64,000 bases of DNA from Candidatus Omnitrophota bacterium (GTDB lineage Bacteria > Omnitrophota > Gorgyraeia > Gygaellales > Profunditerraquicolaceae). The notes below the pieces were generated by a model. That model was not told the DNA's origin. It did not search any database and saw only the letters and a list, made by a program, of their open reading frames with translations. The stretch lies in contig JBAZJY010000002.1 of NCBI GenBank assembly GCA_041651115.1, forward strand, positions 286,855 to 350,854, read 5' to 3'. Position numbers and translations under genes: made by a program. This document shows positions 31,201 through 39,077 of the stretch, in pieces (the first letter of the stretch is position 1; each line of letters starts with the position of its first letter).

Positions 31201-31525
31201 TGCGGTTGACGATGGCGTGCTGATCACCACTTATCTTAATGATGTATTTAAAGAACGCGAGGATAAGATAAAGACGCGGCAGGAGGTAGTTGAAGCTACG
31301 GTGTATGCGGGGTTGGGTCGAATCCGGCCGGCATTCCTGACTACAGTCACCACCATGGCAGCATTATTACCGATAATGTTCTTAAAAGGGACAGGCGCCG
31401 AGATAATGCAGCCAATGGCCATACCTTTAATCGGCGGGATGGTCGTTGAAATGATCACCTGGTTTATTGTACCCACACTTTATTCGTGGCGCGAAGAAAA
31501 AAAATTAGCCAAGCAAAAGACTTAA
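28274..31525 (+). CDS. cusA: Heavy-metal efflux RND transporter (CusA/CzcA family)
   Basis: 1083 aa; 12-TM RND architecture with two large periplasmic loops. Confidence 0.85.
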   Translation: MINKLINYCLKTPFVVVVVYISLFFWGLWAMTNIPVDAIPDIGEKQVIVYTEWPGRSAKDVEDQVTYPLSVSLRGVPGVRTIRASSAFGFSEVYLIFKDNVDYYWARSRVLEKLNLSAGRLPMGVVPVLGPDATGLGQVFWYTVEGKGYSIDKLRSLQDWFIRYQLNSVEGVSEVASIGGFVKQYQIDIDPNKMLSLNIHLGEVMEAVKRSNVDVGAKVIENNAIEYIIRGLGFIKSLDDIENIVVGESNGTPIYVKNIATVQLGPEFRRGALDKDGQEAVGGVVIMRYGENAMQVIHRVKEAIKELEKGLPAGVKIIPFYDRTELIHRTIGTLREALVLEIIITMAVVVPFLAHFWAGIMICLTLPFSVLLAFIAMYYLKIDSNIMSLSGIAIAIGTLVDMGVVMTENAYRHLIIHADEIKRGVKSRLEVVFKAASEVGSAVITAILTTVVSFLAVFALEAQEGKLFKPLAYTKTFVLLASVVVALTLIPVLSMYFLKGKLRPPEENPLVKMLQRNYEKVLRWCLSHRVTFLLIPAVILITSLAFILPKDIISLIVFAGIVLAVLIFILPKKVKSALLIALIAALSLTWFWFSPRIGREFMPALDEGSILFMPVMRPSVSLTEAVRVIQIQDKIISSFPEVEMVVGKVGRAESATDPAPVEMFETIVTLKPKNQWRKGMTKDRLVREMDAVLQIPGVSNIWTQPIVNRIDMLATGIRTSVGVKVFGPDLNKIEEIATEVEKVVKTIPGAVDLYAEKIVGKPYIEFKIKREEVARYGISIRDVQDVIEMAIGGENLTTTVEGRERYPVRVRYARELRDNIDALKRVLVSTKSGAQIPIVQLVDIYFVTGPAMINSENGLLRAYVLMNVRGRDMVGFVEEASKIVAKEIKLPPGYFLQWSGQFENQVRAKNKIAILLPISLLINFMLIYMNFRSIIKSVFIFTAVPVTLAGGIWLLAFSGFNFSVAVWVGFIALFGVAVDDGVLITTYLNDVFKEREDKIKTRQEVVEATVYAGLGRIRPAFLTTVTTMAALLPIMFLKGTGAEIMQPMAIPLIGGMVVEMITWFIVPTLYSWREEKKLAKQKT

Positions 31526-31543
31526 AAGTCGAAAAACCTGCCG

Positions 31544-32347
31544 GTGAATAAAATAAAAATCGACGCATATAGTTTACTGAAAAAGATCAGGGCGGAGAAA
31601 CCCGTGGTGCATCACTTGACCAACTGGGTAACGATCTATGATTGCGCCAATGTCGTTAAAGTGTTGGGCGCTTCTCCGGTAATGGCGCATGCCAAAGAAG
31701 AAGTCAGTCAAATGGCAGGTATTGCCTCCAGCCTGGTTTTAAATATCGGCACGCTTACTCCGGAATTTGTGGAAGCAATGAAGCTCGCGGCAAAAAGCGC
31801 CAATAAAAAAGGTATTCCGGTTATCCTTGATGTCTGCGGCGCAGGCGCTACGCAACTGCGTGATAAGAAATGCTTTGAGCTGCTTGATCAAACTAAGATA
31901 AATATTGTCAAGGGTAATGCCTCTGAGATCGCCAGGATCAGCGGAGAATCCGTAAAAACAAAAGGCGTTGACAGTGGTTATGTTGCTAAAGATATGATAA
32001 AAATCGCCCAAGTTCTTGCGCGAAAACGCAAGGCTACGGTAGTGGTAACCGGCAAAGAAGACATTGTTACCGACGGTAAAAAGGCCTATATTATAAAAAA
32101 CGGTCATCCGATGATGACGCATATTGTCGGCACGGGCTGTATGGCTGCTTCGGTGATCGGAACATTTGCTGCCGTAGAGAAGGATCTGGTTTATGCCGCC
32201 AGCGCAGGTTTAGCCTGTTTTGAGATCGCCGCGGAATGCGCGGTAAGATCATCTGCTGGCCCGGGCACGTTTAAAGAGAAGCTTTTTGACTGCCTTTATC
32301 ATTTAGACAGGAAAACGCTTGAAAAGAAACAAAAAATAGAATGCTAA
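31544..32347 (+). CDS. thiM: Hydroxyethylthiazole kinase
   Basis: 267 aa; GTD motif and HHLTNWV. Confidence 0.8.
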   Translation: MNKIKIDAYSLLKKIRAEKPVVHHLTNWVTIYDCANVVKVLGASPVMAHAKEEVSQMAGIASSLVLNIGTLTPEFVEAMKLAAKSANKKGIPVILDVCGAGATQLRDKKCFELLDQTKINIVKGNASEIARISGESVKTKGVDSGYVAKDMIKIAQVLARKRKATVVVTGKEDIVTDGKKAYIIKNGHPMMTHIVGTGCMAASVIGTFAAVEKDLVYAASAGLACFEIAAECAVRSSAGPGTFKEKLFDCLYHLDRKTLEKKQKIEC

Positions 32348-32952
32348 AAGGTTATTATTTTATTACAGATACAGGCCTTAGCCGCGCGGGAAACATAAGC
32401 GACGTGAAAAATGCCTTGGCAGCAGGCGTCACGGCTGTCCAATACAGGAATAAGCAGGCAAGCACGCGGCAGATGTGTAAAGAGGCGATAAAATTAAGGT
32501 CACTTTGCCGGCGCGCGCTTTTTCTGGTCAATGACCGGCTGGATATAGCTTTAGTAGCAGACGCTGACGGAGTGCATTTAGGCAGCGATGATCTGCCTTA
32601 TCGGGTAGCCCGCAAAATACTGGGTAAAAAGAAAATTATCGGGATGACCGTGCATAATCTGAAACAGGCAAAAGAAGCGCAAAGGTTGGGCGCGGATTAT
32701 ATCGGGGTAGCACCGGTATTCGCCACAAAAACTAAAAAAGACGCCGGAAAACCCGCAGGCGTACGGCTGATAGAAGAAATACACAGGCAGGTCTCAATAC
32801 CCATAATTGCCATCGGCGGAATAAAATTATCTAATGCCGCGGAAGTCATCAAGGCCGGAGCTGACGGCTTATGCGCCATATCCGCGGTGGTTACAAAGCC
32901 GGACGTAAAAAGAGAAATAAAAAAGTTTCAATCGCTGTTTTTAGAGCAATAA
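32341..32952 (+). CDS. thiE: Thiamine-phosphate synthase
   Basis: 203 aa; YFITD start, GADGVHLG, IAIGGI motifs. Confidence 0.85.
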   Translation: MLKGYYFITDTGLSRAGNISDVKNALAAGVTAVQYRNKQASTRQMCKEAIKLRSLCRRALFLVNDRLDIALVADADGVHLGSDDLPYRVARKILGKKKIIGMTVHNLKQAKEAQRLGADYIGVAPVFATKTKKDAGKPAGVRLIEEIHRQVSIPIIAIGGIKLSNAAEVIKAGADGLCAISAVVTKPDVKREIKKFQSLFLEQ

Positions 32953-33008
32953 AGTATGGAAATATGGCTGATGCGATGTTATAATGGAACATATCAAATC
33001 TTCTTTTA

Positions 33009-33935
33009 ATGCAAAAAATCGCTAAAGATATTACTGAACTTATCGGTAACACACCCATGGTATACCTGAATAGGGTAACCGGGGATAGTGCTGCCAAAGT
33101 CGCGGCAAAACTGGAATTTTTTAATCCCTGTTCTTCGGTCAAAGACCGCATTGGCTTGAGTATGATTGAAGATGCCGAAAAACAGGGAAAAATAAACAAA
33201 GATACAATAATTGTTGAGCCAACGTCCGGAAATACCGGCATTGCTTTGGCTTTTGTCTGCGCGGTAAAAGGTTACCGGCTGATCTTAACCATGCCGGAAA
33301 CAATGAGCATTGAGCGCAGAAAACTTTTAGCTGCCCTGGGAGCTGAAATCGTGCTTACTCCGGGCGTTGAGGGAATGACCGGCGCAGTCAAAAAGGCGGA
33401 AGAGTTAACGAAATCGGGCAGGCAGTATTTTATGCCGCAGCAGTTTAAGAATCCGGCTAATCCTGAGATCCATCGTAAGACCACGGCGCAGGAAATCTGG
33501 CGCGATACCGAGGGAAAAGTTGACATTCTGGTTGCCGGGGTGGGCACAGGCGGTACGCTCACCGGGATCGCCGAAGTGCTTAAGAAAAAAAATCCTTCTT
33601 TTAAGGTAATTGCCGTTGAACCAAAAGAATCTCCGGTATTATCCGGCGGAAAAACCGGGCCGCATAAAATCCAGGGCATTGGCGCTGGTTTTATCCCGGA
33701 AGTGTTAAACACTAAGACAATCGATGAAGTGATCTCCGTATCCAGCGAGGACGCCATGCAAATTTCCCGCAGGCTGATACGCGAAGAAGGGATCATGGCA
33801 GGTATTTCTTCGGGTGCGGCGGTATTTGCTGCCCTTGAAGTGGCGAAAAGAACGGAGAATAAAGACAAACTGATTGTGGTAATTCTTCCCGATACAGCTG
33901 AACGTTACATCAGTACAGATTTATTTAATGGATGA
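33009..33935 (+). CDS. Cysteine synthase (second CysK/CysM paralog, about 65% identical to 21148-22083)
   Basis: 308 aa; [21 protein letters not shown]. Confidence 0.85.
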   Translation: MQKIAKDITELIGNTPMVYLNRVTGDSAAKVAAKLEFFNPCSSVKDRIGLSMIEDAEKQGKINKDTIIVEPTSGNTGIALAFVCAVKGYRLILTMPETMSIERRKLLAALGAEIVLTPGVEGMTGAVKKAEELTKSGRQYFMPQQFKNPANPEIHRKTTAQEIWRDTEGKVDILVAGVGTGGTLTGIAEVLKKKNPSFKVIAVEPKESPVLSGGKTGPHKIQGIGAGFIPEVLNTKTIDEVISVSSEDAMQISRRLIREEGIMAGISSGAAVFAALEVAKRTENKDKLIVVILPDTAERYISTDLFNG

Positions 33936-34041
33936 GTCCCGCAGCTAAGCGCTCGTAGATTTTGTAAAAATCTACTCGCAGCCGCGGGATTAATTCGGCC
34001 CAACAACTTATGTTCGCTATTGCTCCATAAGTTGTGGCCTC
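33936..34041 (+). repeat. Extragenic palindromic element A (two hairpins; core CAACAACTTATG-N13-CATAAGTTGTGG)
   Basis: About 65-nt core near-identical to reverse complement of 37913-37975. Confidence 0.55.
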
Positions 34042-34057
34042 ATTTAAGGAGAGCAAA

Positions 34058-34279
34058 ATGAAAGAAAAAGTTGAGAAAGCGTTAGAAAAGATCCGTCCGA
34101 TGCTTATGGCTGACGGCGGCAATGTGGAATTAATTGATGTCAGCGCCGACGGCGTGGTAAAGGTAAAACTTACGGGAAGCTGCGGCTGCTGCCCGATGAG
34201 CCAGATGACCTTAAAGATGGGCGTGGAAAGAATATTGAAACAAGAGGTGCCGGAAGTAAAGGAAGTTATCTCCCTATAG
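34058..34279 (+). CDS. NifU C-terminal-domain (Nfu-type) Fe-S carrier protein
   Basis: 73 aa from ATG 34058 (SD AAGGAGAG); CxxC in TGSCGCCPMS. Confidence 0.75.
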   Translation: MKEKVEKALEKIRPMLMADGGNVELIDVSADGVVKVKLTGSCGCCPMSQMTLKMGVERILKQEVPEVKEVISL

Positions 34280-34299
34280 AGGGGGTTTGAGGTTTAAAT

Positions 34300-35514
34300 A
34301 TGAAAACGATAAAAGAAATAAACGAAAAAATAAAAAAAGGCGACGCGGTGGTGGTTACTGCCGAGGAAATAATTGACCTCGTAGATAAGAAGGGCGCAAA
34401 GAAGGCGGCGCAGGAAGTTGATGTTGTGACTACCGGCACGTTCGGCCCGATGTGTTCATCGGGCGCTTATTTTAACATCGGCCATTCCCGCCCCAGGATC
34501 AAGATCGGCGGGGGCACCTGCAAGTTTAACGACGTGCCTGCTTATTGCGGCTTTGCGGCAGTGGATGTTTATCTGGGCGCGACCGCTATCCCCGATGATG
34601 ACCCGCGCAACAAAGTTTTTCCCGGCGAGTTTAAATACGGCGGCGGCCATGTTATACAGGAACTGGTAGCGGGTAAAGACGTGCGGCTTGAGGCAACTTC
34701 ATACGGCACGGATTGCTATCCGCGTAGAAAGCTTGAAACGCTGGTCAATATCAAAGACCTGAATGAAGCAGTGCTTTTTAATGTCAGGAACTGTTATCAG
34801 AATTATAATGTCGCGGTTAATCTTTCCGATAAGACGATCTATACCTATATGGGGATGCTTAAGCCGGAACTCGGCAATGCTAATTATTGTTCCGCGGGCC
34901 AGCTTTCTCCGCTTTTAAAAGATCCGTATTATAAAACCATTGGTATCGGCACGCGGATCTTCTTAGGCGGCGGCATCGGCTATGTTTCCTGGCAGGGCAC
35001 GCAGCATAATCCTTCGGTAAAAAGGAAGGAAAACGGCATTCCTCAGGCTCCGGCAGGGACCATCGCGGTGATTGGTGATTTGAAACAAATGAAACCGCAG
35101 TATCTGGTGGGTATTAGTATGCTTGGTTACGGCGTGACTATGGCAATAGGCATAGGCGTGCCCATACCCGTATTAAGCGAGGAGATCCTTGCTTGCGCGG
35201 CAGCCAAGGACGAGGAAATATATACGCAGATCGTTGATTACAGCGAAGCATATCCTCAAATGGTTTCCCAGAGCCTGGGTGAAGTAAGTTATGCCCAGTT
35301 AAAGTCAGGAAAAATTATTGTGCGGGGTAAAGAAGTGCCTACCGGCAACCTTTCAAGTTATTCCAAGGCCTGTGAGATCGCCGAAGAGCTTAAGGCTTGG
35401 ATCAAGAAAGGGGAATTTTTCCTTTCTGAGGCCGTGGCGCCTTTACCGGGCGCGGAATCAGGCTATACCTTTAAGCCTTTAAAAGAAAGGCCGATCCCGG
35501 AGGTAGGAAAATGA
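34300..35514 (+). CDS. Homocysteine biosynthesis protein, DUF39/COG1900 (putative L-aspartate-semialdehyde sulfurtransferase)
   Basis: 404 aa; family resemblance to methanogen MA1821-type proteins; followed by NIL-ferredoxin partner. Confidence 0.7.
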   Translation: MKTIKEINEKIKKGDAVVVTAEEIIDLVDKKGAKKAAQEVDVVTTGTFGPMCSSGAYFNIGHSRPRIKIGGGTCKFNDVPAYCGFAAVDVYLGATAIPDDDPRNKVFPGEFKYGGGHVIQELVAGKDVRLEATSYGTDCYPRRKLETLVNIKDLNEAVLFNVRNCYQNYNVAVNLSDKTIYTYMGMLKPELGNANYCSAGQLSPLLKDPYYKTIGIGTRIFLGGGIGYVSWQGTQHNPSVKRKENGIPQAPAGTIAVIGDLKQMKPQYLVGISMLGYGVTMAIGIGVPIPVLSEEILACAAAKDEEIYTQIVDYSEAYPQMVSQSLGEVSYAQLKSGKIIVRGKEVPTGNLSSYSKACEIAEELKAWIKKGEFFLSEAVAPLPGAESGYTFKPLKERPIPEVGK

Positions 35515-35918
35515 TCTCTAAAAAAATAGTGCTGCATTTTCCTAAGCGGCTGGTGGATGAGCCGATCGTTTATAAGCTGGTTAAGGATTACGATCTCAAA
35601 TTCAATATCCTTAAAGCCTCGGTCACTCCGCAGGAAGAAGGTTTGATGGTCCTGGAGCTAAGCGGCAAAGCGGAGAATTACGATAATGGCGTTGAATATC
35701 TTAAATCCTGCGGGGTTAAGATCCAGTCTTTGAGCCACGACGTAACGCGCAATGAAAAAAAATGCACTGACTGCGGCGTATGCATACCTATTTGCCCGGT
35801 GGAGGCGCTTACGGCTGACCCTAAAACGCGCAAGGTAAGCTTTGATAATAAGAAATGTATTGCCTGCGAACTCTGCGTAAAGATCTGCCCTACCCGGGCA
35901 ATGGAAGTGCATTTCTAA
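35511..35918 (+). CDS. NIL-domain + 2x[4Fe-4S] ferredoxin protein (COG2122-like partner of DUF39)
   Basis: 135 aa; CTDCGVCIPICP and CIACELCVKICP. Confidence 0.7.
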   Translation: MISKKIVLHFPKRLVDEPIVYKLVKDYDLKFNILKASVTPQEEGLMVLELSGKAENYDNGVEYLKSCGVKIQSLSHDVTRNEKKCTDCGVCIPICPVEALTADPKTRKVSFDNKKCIACELCVKICPTRAMEVHF

Positions 35919-35956
35919 GGCATGCGCAGGAAATGCAATTTCTAATCTCCTCTTTG

Positions 35957-36751
35957 ATGTCCAAGCTGGAAAAATTAAAAAAAATATTAAAAGGCATGCG
36001 CTCTGCGCTTTTGGCTTATTCCGGAGGGGTGGACAGCGCTTTTTTGCTTAAGGTTTCCCGCGATACGCTTGGCGACAAAGTATTGGCAGTGACTGCAGTT
36101 TCCGCCACTTATCCGCGGGAAGAGCTGGAATCTGCAAGAGAAACCGCTTTAAGGCTTAAGGCAAAGCATAAGATCATCCGTACGCTTGAATTGAAACAAC
36201 CTAATTTTGTTTCCAACCCCGTTAACCGCTGTTATTTTTGTAAGAAAGAGCTGTTTGGAAAATTGAAAAAGATCGCCTGTGACAACGATCTTAATTTTGT
36301 GATTGACGCAAGCAACGTGACGGATAAAAAAGATTTCCGCCCGGGAGATAGGGCAAAAAAAGAGTCTGGCGTGCGTTCTCCGCTTCAAGAAGCGGGGTTT
36401 ACTAAGAATGAGATACGCAGGTTAAGCCGGGAATTGCGCTTGGCTACTTGGGATAAGCCCAGCCTTGCTTGCCTTGCCTCACGTATTCCTTACGGGAGCA
36501 GGATCACGCCAGCGGTTTTATCCCGGATCGAAAAAGCGGAGAGCCTGATCAAGGCATTAGGGTTCAAACAGGTAAGGCTGCGGCATTACGGCGAACTTTG
36601 CCGCATTGAAGTTGAGCCTGATAAGGCCGGGCAGCTGGTAAAAAAACGCAGTTTAATTGTAGCGCAGCTCAAGAAGCTGGGTTATAATTATGTAACCGTA
36701 GATTTAGAGGGCTACCGCGTTGGCAGCCTTAATGAAGCGATAAAACGATGA
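35957..36751 (+). CDS. PP-loop ATP pyrophosphatase, LarE-like sulfur transferase family (TIGR00268-like)
   Basis: 264 aa from ATG 35957 (start uncertain; 35996 alternative); PP-loop SGGVDSAF; CYFCKK motif. Confidence 0.6.
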   Translation: MSKLEKLKKILKGMRSALLAYSGGVDSAFLLKVSRDTLGDKVLAVTAVSATYPREELESARETALRLKAKHKIIRTLELKQPNFVSNPVNRCYFCKKELFGKLKKIACDNDLNFVIDASNVTDKKDFRPGDRAKKESGVRSPLQEAGFTKNEIRRLSRELRLATWDKPSLACLASRIPYGSRITPAVLSRIEKAESLIKALGFKQVRLRHYGELCRIEVEPDKAGQLVKKRSLIVAQLKKLGYNYVTVDLEGYRVGSLNEAIKR

Positions 36752-37914
36752 AAAAGATCTATTTTGATTATGCGGCTACTGCGCCCACCGATCCGAAAGT
36801 TATTGAGGCGATGCAGCCTTATTTTTTTGAAAAATTCGGCAATTCCTCCAGCATACATTCTTTTGGGCAGGATGCGCGTAAGGCAATTGATGATTCAAGG
36901 GAGATAACCGCATCTTTTTTGGGCGCTGATCCGGAAGAGATCGTTTTTACCTCCGGCGGTACAGAATCAAATAATTTTGTGGCCCAGGGCATTGCCTATG
37001 CAATGCAGCATAAGGGCGACCATATCATTACTACTGCCATTGAGCACCACGCAATAACCGAGCCCTGCAAGGCCCTGGAAAAACGCGGGTTCAAAATTAC
37101 CTCTATTGGCGTAGATAAAACCGGCCTTGTTGACCCGCAAGATATCAAGAAAGCGATCACAGATAAAACTATCCTTGTTTCCGTAATGCATGCCAACAAT
37201 GAAATAGGTACAATACAGCCGATAGCTGAAATCGGAAAGATCACCCGCGAAAAAGGCGTATATTTCCATACCGATGCGGTCCAGACTGTCGGCCATATCC
37301 CGGTTAATGTGGATGAGCTAAACGTTGACCTGTTATCGCTTTCAGCCCATAAATTTTACGGGCCCAAAGGCGTGGGCGCGTTATATATCAGAAAAGCAAC
37401 TCATATAGAAACGTTCTTGCGCGGAGGAGACCAGGAAAAAGGCAGGCGCGCTTCCACGCACAACACCCCCGGCATAGTCGGCTTGGCTTGCGCACTTGAG
37501 ATTTGTAAAGAAAAAATGGCCCAAGAGGCAAAATTCCAGGCAGGATTAAGGGATAAGTTGATCAAACAAATGCAACAGGAGATACCCGATACTTTCTTGA
37601 ACGGCCATCCGGTAAAGAGGCTGCCGAACAATGCTAATTTTTCCGTCAAGTATATTGAGGGAGAATCAATGCTTTTAAACCTGGACATGCTGGGCATTGC
37701 CGCCTCAACCGGCTCTGCCTGTACTTCTACGTCCCTTGAGCCGTCCCACGTGCTTTTGGCGATAGGATTACCCCATGAGATCGCCCATGGTTCCCTCAGG
37801 TTCACTTTCGGCAGGTGGACAAAAGAAGAGGACGTAAATTATCTGATGGAAAACCTTCCGAAAATCGTGAAAAAATTACGCCAGATGTCCCCTCTCTATG
37901 AGAAAAATAAGTGA
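36748..37914 (+). CDS. Cysteine desulfurase (second NifS/IscS-class paralog)
   Basis: 388 aa; SAHKFYGPKGVG; SGSACTS loop. Confidence 0.85.
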   Translation: MKKIYFDYAATAPTDPKVIEAMQPYFFEKFGNSSSIHSFGQDARKAIDDSREITASFLGADPEEIVFTSGGTESNNFVAQGIAYAMQHKGDHIITTAIEHHAITEPCKALEKRGFKITSIGVDKTGLVDPQDIKKAITDKTILVSVMHANNEIGTIQPIAEIGKITREKGVYFHTDAVQTVGHIPVNVDELNVDLLSLSAHKFYGPKGVGALYIRKATHIETFLRGGDQEKGRRASTHNTPGIVGLACALEICKEKMAQEAKFQAGLRDKLIKQMQQEIPDTFLNGHPVKRLPNNANFSVKYIEGESMLLNLDMLGIAASTGSACTSTSLEPSHVLLAIGLPHEIAHGSLRFTFGRWTKEEDVNYLMENLPKIVKKLRQMSPLYEKNK

Positions 37915-38030
37915 GGCCGCAACTTATGGAGCGGATGGCGAACATAAGTTGCTTGGCCGAACTTACCCCCGCAGCTTCGCTTTGCGAAGCAAAGCGGCGG
38001 AGGTTAATTCGCGCAAATGATTTACTCGCA
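37913..38030 (-). repeat. Extragenic palindromic element B (inverted copy of element A core plus CGCTTTGC-GAA-GCAAAGCG hairpin)
   Basis: 37913-37975 reverse-complement aligns to 33978-34041 with few mismatches. Confidence 0.55.
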
Positions 38031-38061
38031 CTTTCGTGTTCGTAAATCATGCGCTCATTAA

Positions 38062-39018
38062 ATGCATAATAAGATCATTGATTTCCTGAAACGCAAACAC
38101 GAATATGTTTCCGGTGAAGAAATCAGCAGTCATCTAAAAGTGAGCAGGCAGGCATTGTGGAAGCACATTGAAGCCCTGCGTGATTCCGGGTATGAGATCG
38201 TCGCTGTGCCGCATCTGGGGTATAAGCTTGTTTCCGTGCCTGACCGGCTTTTTCCTTCGGAAATAGAAGCCGGCCTAAAGACAAAATTTATTGGAAAGAA
38301 GATATATTATTTTGATAGCATTGCCTCAACAATGGACATGGCAATGCAGCTGGGAATGAAGCAAGCAACAGAAGGGACAATTGTCTTGTCTGAAGCGCAG
38401 CATAAAGGCAGGGGCAGGATGGGCAGGGACTGGGCATCGCCAAAATACAAGGGCATATATATGTCCTTGATACTCAGGCCCGAAGTCTTTCCCGGCCAGC
38501 TGCCCATACTTACGCTTCTGGCTGCGGTAAGCATCTGCGAGGCAATAGGGCATGAGACAGGCCTGGAGGTAAAGATAAAGTGGCCTAATGATATTTTTAT
38601 TCATAATAAGAAACTCGGCGGCATCCTGACTGAATTAAGCGCTGAGGCTGATGAAGTGCGTTTTGTGGCCATCGGCATAGGCCTTAATGTAAACAACGAT
38701 AAAAAATCGCTGGTTAGCGGAGCAACGTCGGTAAGGGAAGAAAAAGGCGAAGCAGTCAGCCGCATATCCCTGTTTCAGGAAATCTTGCGCAGGATAGAAG
38801 AGAATTACCTGGTCTTCCAAAAAAAAGGCCCTAACCCGGTAACCGACAAATGGCGCCAGTATAATATTACCTTAGGCATGAGGGTAAGGGTGGCTTTTCA
38901 TAAGCATCACCTGGAGGGAGAGGCTAGCGATATTGACTCCGACGGCGCGCTTTTAGTGCGCAAGGATTCCGGGATAGTGCAGAAGGTTACTGCCGGAGAT
39001 GTCGTGCACTGCAGGTAA
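38062..39018 (+). CDS. birA: Bifunctional biotin-[acetyl-CoA-carboxylase] ligase / biotin operon repressor
   Basis: 318 aa; N-terminal HTH; GRGRMGR biotin-binding loop; KWPNDI. Confidence 0.85.
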   Translation: MHNKIIDFLKRKHEYVSGEEISSHLKVSRQALWKHIEALRDSGYEIVAVPHLGYKLVSVPDRLFPSEIEAGLKTKFIGKKIYYFDSIASTMDMAMQLGMKQATEGTIVLSEAQHKGRGRMGRDWASPKYKGIYMSLILRPEVFPGQLPILTLLAAVSICEAIGHETGLEVKIKWPNDIFIHNKKLGGILTELSAEADEVRFVAIGIGLNVNNDKKSLVSGATSVREEKGEAVSRISLFQEILRRIEENYLVFQKKGPNPVTDKWRQYNITLGMRVRVAFHKHHLEGEASDIDSDGALLVRKDSGIVQKVTAGDVVHCR

Positions 39019-39071
39019 TCGTCAACTTAAAATAAATTTATAGTTGACAATATCCTCATGTTTCTTATAAT
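39019..39071 (+). promoter_or_regulatory. Palindrome TCGTCAACT-N14-AGTTGACAA overlapping -35 (TTGACA) of promoter (-10 TATAAT 39066-39071) of the TonB-dependent receptor gene; candidate BirA operator
   Basis: Read directly; geometry (9-bp half sites, 14-bp AT-rich spacer) resembles known bioO sites. Confidence 0.4.
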
Positions 39072-39077
39072 ATCCGC

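Noticed and set aside
32953-33008. 17-codon mini-[20 protein letters not shown] upstream of cysK2 as another leader peptide
   Set aside because: No SD, no enrichment for a regulatory amino acid, and no downstream terminator. The TATAAT inside it is more likely the cysK2 promoter -10.
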